From positions 24,738,001 through 24,802,000 of the forward strand of contig OZ231126.1 of the NCBI GenBank assembly GCA_965153355.1: DNA of 64,000 bases, given 5' to 3'. Source of the DNA: Flaccisagitta enflata (Eukaryota). Position 1 is the first letter of the stretch, and each line of letters opens with the position of its first letter. Both the position numbers and the translations under genes were made by a program. Below the pieces are notes generated by a model that saw only the letters and a list, made by a program, of their open reading frames with translations, ran no database searches and had not been told where the DNA came from. This document shows positions 54,931-64,000 of this stretch, piece by piece.

Positions 54931-55559
54931 TTTTTGGGCAACGGTCCCGAAGTGCCCAATAACCTATGCTTTCACACACAGGAAATTTCTTGTTCTTGTT
55001 CTTCTTCTTGTCTGCACATCCTCCCCTCTTCAGGCTCAGGTTCCAGTCTTAAGGCTAAAATTCCAACTTCTAGGCACAGATTTCAGCCTCAACGCTTAAA
55101 TTCCAGCCTTTAGACTCAAATTCCAGCCTCGAGGCTTGAACTCCGGCCTCAAAGCTCAAATTCCAGCTTCTTGGCACAAATTTCAGCCCAAGGTCCAAAG
55201 TTAGGGGCAAAATTTCTAATCTCGAGGCCCAAATCCCAGCCTTGAGGCCCAAATCCCAGCCTCAAGGTTCAAATCCTAGCTTCCAGGCCTAAATATTTGC
55301 CTGAAGGCTTTAATTTCAGCCCTGTGGCTCATATCTGAGCCTCAAAACTGAAGTCTCAGCCTCATGGCTCAAATCCCAGTCTTGAAGTCCAACTAAGCCC
55401 TTGGACCAGAAAATGCTGCATGATTCCCCATGGGCCATGATGCTAAGCAAAGGTCATCGGTACTATTCAGGGATGCTGCCTCTCTCACCTTCTCACCCAC
55501 ACAGACACCAATATGGGGGCATCGGGTACTGCTGCCCATGTAATGATTATGCGACTATT
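54931..55559 (+). mobile_element. Older family B copy with a degenerate 21-bp array
   Basis: TTTTGGGCAACGG...ACCTATGCTTTCACAC...CAAATCCCAGCC repeats...GGGGCATCGGGTACTGCTGCCCAT. Confidence 0.7.
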
Positions 55560-55732
55560 CTATCTTTCTTTCCTGTTTTTCTGATTTTCTTTCCTCTTTG
55601 CTCGCTGTTTCTCTTTGTATATCATTATATTCTAATCTTATCTTATAATAATCTACAAGATGCTTTATCTGTCCGTCGGTCCGCCGGTAGTTGAAAAGTA
55701 AAAAATGCTGTGGTTGAAGGTGTGTGTGTACG

Positions 55733-55821
<89 letters not shown>

Positions 55822-57155
55822 ATGTGAGGGGGGGGGGGTTGTATGCCCTGCCCAGCCGTCCGTACCAAAAATAACGTTATTGCAACTCTGGGTTACTTAT
55901 TGATTCCTCTCCTATCTTCATCGTTTATATCAAAATTTAATGATTTATTCCTTATTTCATTTCATTTCATATGTTCATACCTCCCTATTCTATCTTTCTT
56001 TTCATTTTCATCCTCTTCTATCATTACATCTTTCTATCTTATTTTTTTTACTCTTGCCCCTCTCCTCTTCCTCCCCCCCCCCTTTCATTTTTTCTTTCTC
56101 TTTATCTCTGCCTCTTTCAGTTCTTTCTCAACGAATTTTCGTTTTTTGATTTTCGAAGCCAATTGAGAGAATGACTAATGATCATTCGCAGAATGAAAAC
56201 AAAGTTATGAAAAATGGTGCTGGGTCTCCCGCGGTTTGTTTGAACGTCAAAAATGAGCTTCAAACCACGAAATTCGACATTGAATTTCTGTTAAAAGAAT
56301 TTGTCTCCTTACAGAAAAAAAAGGAAAGCAAACAGAGAAAAAAAGAAAAAAAAAGGTATGATGAAATGAGATATTTACAAGAAAAGATACCAGTTATCAC
56401 GAGCAAGATTTTGAGGAAAAAAAGATTTAAAAATTGAATTAAAAACTGGGGCGTAACACGAAAGATCAGTCATTATGATGCAAGGAAAAGTAAAGAAATA
56501 GGAAAAGCAAAGAAAGATCACACACTAACCGCGCGACGGACTTACCATGACCATGTAGTATAAAAGAAATTAGAAACCCTCAAAAGCTGGACTGTCCATA
56601 TTGTCATGAACGGCATATTCAGCAAAACAGATCAGAGATTGTGGGTGCTCACAATTGGAAAACTTGGTTATGTTATGATGAAAAAGATAAATATTGCTCA
56701 ATTGTAATATCAATAAACGATTGTGTAAATACATTTGTACACCATTATTTCTTTCTCTGCTTTTTTCTATCGCTGGAAAAAGCGCAAGATTCAAATTTTT
56801 GCCTCGCGCGCATCTTTAAGTCATTTTTCTCCTGTTCTGAAACTGCTTAAAGAGTGAGGCTGTGCTCTCATTCTTTATTCGTTTTTTGTTTGTTTGTTTG
56901 ATTGTTTTTGTTTTGTTTTGTTTTTTGCTTTTTGCTTTTTTCTTTTTTGTTTGTTTGTTTGTTTGTTTGTTTGTTTGTCTGTTTGTTTGTTTCTTTTATT
57001 TTTTTTTTCTTCCTTCGTATTTCTTTCTTTCTTTTTTCTTTCTTTTTTCTTCCTCTCTTTCTCGTTCTTTCTTTCTCCCTTTTATACTTTCTTCCTTCTT
57101 TTTCATTCTGTCTTTCTTTTGTTCTGTCTTTCTTTCGTTGTCTGTCTTTTTTTTT

Positions 57156-57238
<83 letters not shown>

Positions 57239-57241
57239 CTC

Positions 57242-57404
57242 TTTTTAGTCGCGGACACGCGACTCTACACCTTGCCGTGTCGGTCGGTCCGTCCGTCCGT
57301 CCGTCGGTCCGTCCGTCGGTCACATTTCTGAATTGCGAGCGGTTTTCGCATTACTGCTCCTGCCCAACCGTCCGCGACTGGATTGCCGTGTATCCGGCCT
57401 TGTT
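57242..57404 (+). mobile_element. HINE family A copy
   Basis: TTTTTAGTCGCGGACACGCGACT...GTCCGCGACTGGATTGCCGTGTATCCGGCCTTGTT. Confidence 0.85.
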
Positions 57405-57780
57405 TTGGGCAATAGCCCCGGAGGAAACGAAGTCCTGTAGAACACAGGGGGTATCTGTCCGTCCGTCTGTCCATCTGTACGTACATACGTACGTCCGTCC
57501 CCCCCTCCCGCCTCATCTTGAGGGCTTCGTCTCCTGTGGGGCCTATCCAGACCCAAATTCTGCCCAATAACCCAAATCCAAGAATTATGGCCCAAATCTA
57601 AGCAAAATGGCCCAAATCCTAGCATAACTGCCCAAATTCAAGCAAAATGACCCAAATCTAGCCAGAAAAGCCCAATTCTGGCCTGAGGTCCATCATTTTG
57701 GCCCCTTAGACCTAAATTGTGGCCTCCAAAACCTAGATTCTGACCATATTTGAGCCATTTTGCTCAACTTTAGGCAATTA
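57403..57780 (+). mobile_element. 3'-truncated family B copy abutting the family A copy
   Basis: TTTTGGGCAATAGCCCCG...GAAGTCCTGTAGAACACAGGGG followed by GCCCAAATC repeats. Confidence 0.7.
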
Positions 57781-57801
57781 TGCCATATTTCTTTCTTTCT
57801 T

Positions 57802-57934
<133 letters not shown>

Positions 57935-58358
57935 GCTCTGGCCGGTTTTGGATTCGCTGTACATAATTAATGGTTTTGCGGGCGTTTGATCTATTGGTCC
58001 CTCTGCTTGGTCTATGTGAGCCGGAAAGGAGGTCACAGTCAATATAGGGGAGTAAAAAGATAGAGTAAGAAAAGGGGAGGAGCAGAATTACTGGGATGGT
58101 GAATGGAGGGTGAGATTGGGGAGGGATGAGTGGGGAGAGCCCAAAATGAGCCGAGTGGGGCTTCTAGTTAAACTATGATATGAAGTTTCTGATAATAGAC
58201 CGCGACTCAACAATGATTTTTGGGGGGAAAGTTGAGGCTTCATTATATTTTTGCGAATGTGACTAAATATATGATGAGTATTTTCTTTTTCAAACAGGGC
58301 ACCTTGTATTGACTACTATTGACTGTTGAAATAGGCCTTGATGGGAGACCGCTTTATA

Positions 58359-59138
58359 CAGTATGATTGTTTTCGTTTGTAACATTTCATGACGACATAA
58401 CTTTTAAAGTTGTAGAGATAATCATATTCTGAAAAAAGATAGTGAAAGATATTGAAAATACATTTTATAGTATTAAAATCCCAAAACTTTTTAACAAAAT
58501 TTGGATCCAGATTTCTTACTATTTGTTGTAAGTCATATTTGGCTAAAATGAACTGTTTTTCATGTCTTGAGATAAACTGTTTTTCTTTGTATCGCTCTTA
58601 TTTCTAAACAATTTGACCTACAAATACCAGGTTGGTCTCAAATGAAAGATAATTTGAAGTAGTTTTAGAAAATAAAAAGAAAGAAACCTGTTTGGAAACA
58701 CAAATCATACAAAACTTGAAAGAAATGAGATCATTTTTAGAAATTTAACAAAAGTATGTGCCTATAGTTAATGAATTGTATTCAAAACATCAAATCAGTG
58801 CTTACTCATCAGAAAACCTTAAAACTAGATCAAATTATCTTTCATTTGAGACCAATCTGGCATCTGTAGCTCAAACCGTTTAGAAATGAGAACAATATAA
58901 AGGTAAACAGTCCATCTTTTTAATTTTCTCAAATTTTTCAATTTTACAACTTGTCAAGTTGGTCCTGTAGTTCATTTTTTTCACAAGAGAATCAGATTTT
59001 TCTAAATAGATCCTTTGATCGATGTGTTATAAAATGTATTTTCATAGTCTTTTAGGAACTTTTTTCAGAATTCAATTATTTCAACTACTTTAAGAATTAT
59101 GTCGTCATGAAATGTTACAAACGAAAACAATCATACTG
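58359..59138. mobile_element. Tc1-type foldback MITE
   Basis: TA|CAGTATGATTGTTTTCGTTTGTAACATTTCATGACGACATAA has a perfect inverse at the right end, followed by TA. Confidence 0.9.
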
Positions 59139-60205
59139 TAGAGCGGAGGAAAAAATTCACGGTATTCGAGGAATAAAAAGACATAGCGACTGATTGCTAA
59201 TCAATGAATATGAGATAGCTAAAAGTTAAACATATTCCATGTCTTGAAGAATCTTCATTGTCGTTGCAACAATTGTCAAGAATGGTGATTTAGGAACAGT
59301 GCTAAAAATGATATCACAAATTTCAGCGTGTGACTCACTTTACAAAACTCGATTCAACAGTGGAATTTGGTAGAAGAACGGGAATGAAGTATGAACTTAG
59401 AGACACATTCGAGGGGAAGGACCAAGAAGAAGAATGGACCGAGAGAAGGAGAAATAGGGATACGAAACTGGGGAAATGATGGAATATCATGTAAATCAAT
59501 CATGTAAAATATCATATGAATGGGGAAATATCAATTTAATGTCATTTATAGGAACGAGTTACTGACGCTGGTTAGCCTTCAGCCGTGATTAAGGAATGTT
59601 AATGACGCTGATTAGCCTTTAACAAATTCTTACAAAAGTAATTATTATTAACAATTAATAGGCAGAACGGCAGGAGTACTGAAAAATAAGTCTTCATCAC
59701 CCAATTGGCCTATTGATAAAGATGATTGAATCAACAAGCCTTATGACTAATCTTTGGAATAACAAGAAATATGAATTAAAGCAAAATAACAAAACACTTC
59801 AAGATTGAACAAAAAAAAAACAACAAATAAGTAGATAAACGAAAATTCCCATTTTCTTTAATCAAGATTTTCACATGAAACGATCCCTTATTTTGAAATT
59901 ACTTTTTTCCACTTTCCAACTTTGAAACATGGAGGAAGGGAGAGTCATGAAAGAGGCGAAAGTTTGTCACTGACAACCGGTTAACTTGGTTGGGTTACAC
60001 GTGAGAGAATGAAACATAAGGAAGGGAGGTCAAGTCAGTAGTCAGGCGAAAAATCGTCAACTGTCTAGTGCACAGTGTCTCACGTATGAGTCTTAAAGAT
60101 ACACTGCACTGAGACGTGAGAATCAAAAAGATGGGGATGTCAGTTTACTATCAGGCGAAAAAAAAAAAACGGTTAAATTAGTCATGTTAAAGAGCACAAA
60201 AGCTT

Positions 60206-60681
60206 AATAGTCGCAAAAGCGTTAGATGCCTGAGTAGGTTGAGCTTGATGTTGAAGGGGAGCAGGGCAGTGGCCCCAAAGGGGTCGATGACCGATGCTTG
60301 GACACAGGGGAATTTTCTCCTTCTTCTCCTCCTCCTCCTCCTCCTCCTCCGTCCCCCCTCCCCCAATCTCCAGGCCCATATCTCAGCTTCGAGACCCATA
60401 TCCCAGCCTTGAAGCCCAAATCCCAGTCTTGAGGCCCAAATCCCTCGAGGCTGGGATTTGGGTCTCGAAGATGGGATTTTCGCCTTATGATAGGTTTTGG
60501 GCCTTGAGGTTAGGGCTTGGGCCTCAAGACTGGGATTTGGGCCTCAAGGCTGGGATATGGGCCTCGAGGCTGAAATATGGGCCTGGAGTTGGGGGGGGAG
60601 GGATAGAAGGAGAAGGAGAAGGAGGAGGAGAAGAAGGAGCATAGCATAGATCATCGACTCCATCGGAGCCGCTGCCCCAAA
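60206..60681 (-). mobile_element. Family B copy with internally inverted array
   Basis: GCAGGGCAGTGGCCCCAAAGGGGTCGATGA...CATCGACTCCATCGGAGCCGCTGCCCCAAA. The array flips orientation near 60445. Confidence 0.7.
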
Positions 60682-60913
60682 GGAGAACACGAAACCTGGA
60701 GTGGGAAGGTAGAGTCAGCGGGCGAGCGACGACCGCCACGTCGAATCTGGGGTGAGAATTTGAGGCGAATGACTTATGCATGAAGCATCGCCTCTTCTGG
60801 GCTTCGACTTTCGAAAAAGGGCTTTCTTTCAGCCTCTTGTTCTCCGTGATGTTCAATGGGACTCGCGAGGTTGGATGAGAAAAGGCTTACACTACAGTGA
60901 GGAAGTAAATACT

Positions 60914-61496
60914 AACAGGTCGCCCAAGGGCAATATGTGGTCAGCGATACCCGTTGCCCTGCTTTGCATGATTTTGAATTGGAGTAAGAGGAAGCAGGGC
61001 AGCGGCCCCAAAGGGGACGAAGTCCTGTAGAACACAGGGGGACTTTCGTTCGTCCGTCCGTCCATCCGTCCCCCCAAGGCTCTTTCAGGCCTGAAATCTG
61101 CCCTCTCAGGCCTGAAATCTACCCTCTCAAGTTTGAAATCTGCCCTCTCAGGCTCTGAATCTGAGAGGGCAGATTTCAGGCCTGAGAGGGCAGATTTCAG
61201 GCCTGAAAGGGCAGATTTCAGGTCTGAAAGGGCAGATTTCAGGCCTAGAAGGGCAGATTTCAGACCTGAGAGGGCAGATTTCAGGCCTGAGAGGGCAGAT
61301 TTCAGGCCTGAGAGGGTAGATTTCAGGGCTGAGAGGGCAGATTTCAGGTCTGAGAGGGCAGATTTAAGGCCTGAGAGGGTAGATTTTAGGCCTGAGAGGG
61401 CCTGGGGGGGACGAACGGACGGAAGGACAGAAGGACGAACGAAAGTCCCCCTGTGTTCTACAGGACTTCGTCCCCTTCAGGGCCGCTGCCCAAAAA
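60914..61496 (-). mobile_element. Young family B copy
   Basis: Termini nearly identical to 27846-28477. Homogeneous 21-bp TTCAGGCCTGAGAGGGCAGAT array. Confidence 0.85.
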
Positions 61497-61553
61497 CGCA
61501 GATATGTGTGAATATGTGCATGTGTGAAAAATGATAACTACCGAGAACATATA

Positions 61554-62118
61554 CAGGGTGTTTCATGCCAGATTAGATATAAGAAAACAATGCTATTCTG
61601 GTTCTAAAAATGCAAAAATAATTCTGAAAAAAAAGATTCAAAAATCATTTGAGCTCCAATTTTTGTGTGTAAAAATTTCATTGGTCTGAGTCAAATATCT
61701 TGGCCATAACATCAATTTGAAGTAAAATGATCATTTACAGGAGAAGCTCTTTTAACATAATTTTGATTTTGAAAGTTCTTCTTTAAATTGCTCTCATTTC
61801 TAAATGGCTTGAGTTACAGATGCCAGATTGGTCTCAAATTAAAGCTTATAAAATCTTCTGTGATTTGAGACCAGTCTGGCATCTGAAGCTCATGCCATTT
61901 AGAAATTAGACCAATTAAAAAAAAAAGCTAATGGAAATTCAGCTGTGAATATTCATTTTACTTCATCCTAATGTTATGGCCGAGATATTTGACCCAGAAA
62001 TTTTTACACAAAAAATTGGAGCTCAAGTGTTTTTTGAATCTTTTTAGGAATGGTTTTTACATTTTTAGAAGCAGAATGGCATTATTTTCTTATATCTAAT
62101 TTGCCATGAAACACCCTG
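61554..62118. mobile_element. Mariner/Tc1-type foldback MITE
   Basis: TA|CAGGGTGTTTCATG ... CATGAAACACCCTG|TA with near end-to-end inverted arms. Confidence 0.9.
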
Positions 62119-64000
62119 TATATGAGGATGAAAAACGTAACCGTACATGTGCATAAGTGTATGGCGGGGAATGTCAAAGGGCCATTGGCAACCAGTTTCA
62201 AGTCCGACAGAGCTTCAAGCCCGACAGGCTTTCTCACTTGTTCTTTCTTTTAAAATCTTAGATAACATTCTTATCTAAGAAATAACGGCCTAATTTGCAA
62301 GAAAAACACACATATTCTCTTATTCATCCCCTGAATATGCCCTTTCTTCTCCTGTTTTCTTGTCCTTTATTTTTTTCCCATTTTTTTCCCTTTTTTTCTA
62401 CATAGGCTTGAGTCCGACAGGGGTGTAAGTCCGACATACAGGGACGTCGGCCGACGTCCCTGACGTCCCTCTCCGTACATCCATGTACATGTGTGAGGAA
62501 GTAAATCTGAAATTGCAAGTGTAAGTATGAGAGAGGCAAAAGTGCATATGTTATGATAAGAAATGTAAATATACTTGGATAAAAAAATGATATGCAAAAG
62601 GGAATGTGTCAGGTTGAGACTTGAGAAAGATAGACCTGCAAAAGTGAGAGAGTAAAAGGCAAAACTGCAACTGTGTGAATGAGAAAGGTAGGTTTGTATG
62701 GGTGGGAAAGTGAAAGAGAAAAAGTGCATGTGTGAGGATGAGAATGTGAAGGGCCGGGGGAAAGAGACAGAAGCCTAACCCCAGGACCAGGGGGGGTGTA
62801 GAGAAAGTATCCATATACAATATATCTGCCTAAAAGCCCCCAAAAGAAGAAGGCAGAATCATAAATAAATGCCCTGTAATATAAATATATATAATAAAAT
62901 GACACCAAGTGACCCATGACGGCATGACAGAATGCATGACATGGCAAGAGCCCAGAACAAGGTAAGAGACATGGTTATAAAGGCGAAAAATGGCAGGAGA
63001 GAATCATGACAACCAATGACAAGGCAGGGATCTATCACGAGCGTGTATCAGCAGCAACGGTGCCTCTCATTGGCTCTATCATCAGTCTGTGCTTCTCAGA
63101 GGGTCGAGGAAGGGAAAGCCGCGTAGAGAAGGGCAAGGGCAACCAGGAGCTGGGAAGCTGGCACAACAAATGAAAATGTAATTGCGAGGATGAGAAAGGT
63201 AGACCTGCGCGCAAAAAAGAAGACTTTCAAGAGAGAGAAAGTGAAAGATGGAATGCGATTGTGAGGAATAGGAAGGTAGACCTAGATGGGCCAATGTGGA
63301 TGTGTCAAGATGAGAAATGTGGACATACATGGGTAAGGAAGAGAAAGGCAAAAGTACATGTGCTAGGATCAGAGAGGTACTAACTTGGGAAAAAAATCGC
63401 TTTAAATCTCCTGAAAAACTAAAAAAATCCTAGAAAAATTGGAGAGATAAAGGAAGCCCTTCAAATTTGCAAGCCATTTACGCAAATCGCATCTTGCTAT
63501 CTCAATGGGTTTAGAAGTTATCTTACTTTGAATGAAATTCTTTCTTTTGAATGTTTCATAATGTTCAAACTGCCATAACATGTTTGTTTCTTGATGAATT
63601 AACCAAAAATTGATGACCAAAATGTAGAATTTTTCAAGATGTATCTTTTCATTTTTTTGAAGAAACGAAATTGGTCCAGCCATTAAAAAGTTATGGTCAG
63701 TTGAAGATAAACAAGGCCGGATAACAGGGTTTGCAAAAAGTTTTGCACAAACATATGAATACAGAAACAGCACTTTCAGGTGTCTTGAGAAAGTGAAATT
63801 TAGATCATAACCCCACAACTAGTTCTATCGCACAGTAGTATGGGCCGTTATTCACTTTTCCAATTGCTGTTCCCATTAGAAGGTATAAAAGTTGAAGCGG
63901 ACTGTCAGATTTTGCAAGAATTTTACCGGCTTAATTTGAAGAGATGGAATCTCCACTTAGTCATGTATTTTTTTCATGTGTTGTGTCTTCTGCTAATCAT

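Overview
Repeat-rich animal (most likely protostome invertebrate) genomic DNA from a Hox locus, not prokaryotic. Almost every entry in the ORF track is a microsatellite or low-complexity artefact. The only gene I can support is the 3' part of an Scr/Hox5-class homeobox gene on the + strand. It is not in the ORF track because it has no ATG here, and its homeobox is split by a 1,656-bp phase-2 intron inside codon 28 (exons 33710-33812 and 35469-35646). I found no hexapeptide (YPWM) exon upstream, so the first ~33.7 kb is probably intron. That stretch holds a very young 7.4-kb LTR retroelement on the - strand (10014-17425). It has identical LTRs, a tRNA-Gly primer site, a PPT and a CTATA target duplication, but no gag/pol. 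Its interior is U-rich linker punctuated by repeated, covarying RNA hairpins, which is the most unusual object in the window. The rest consists of TA-flanked foldback MITEs, two families of DINE-1/HINE-like (Helentron-associated) elements (one carrying interchangeable tandem-repeat cargo), nested insertions, minisatellites and long compound microsatellites. All alignments and foldings were done by eye.
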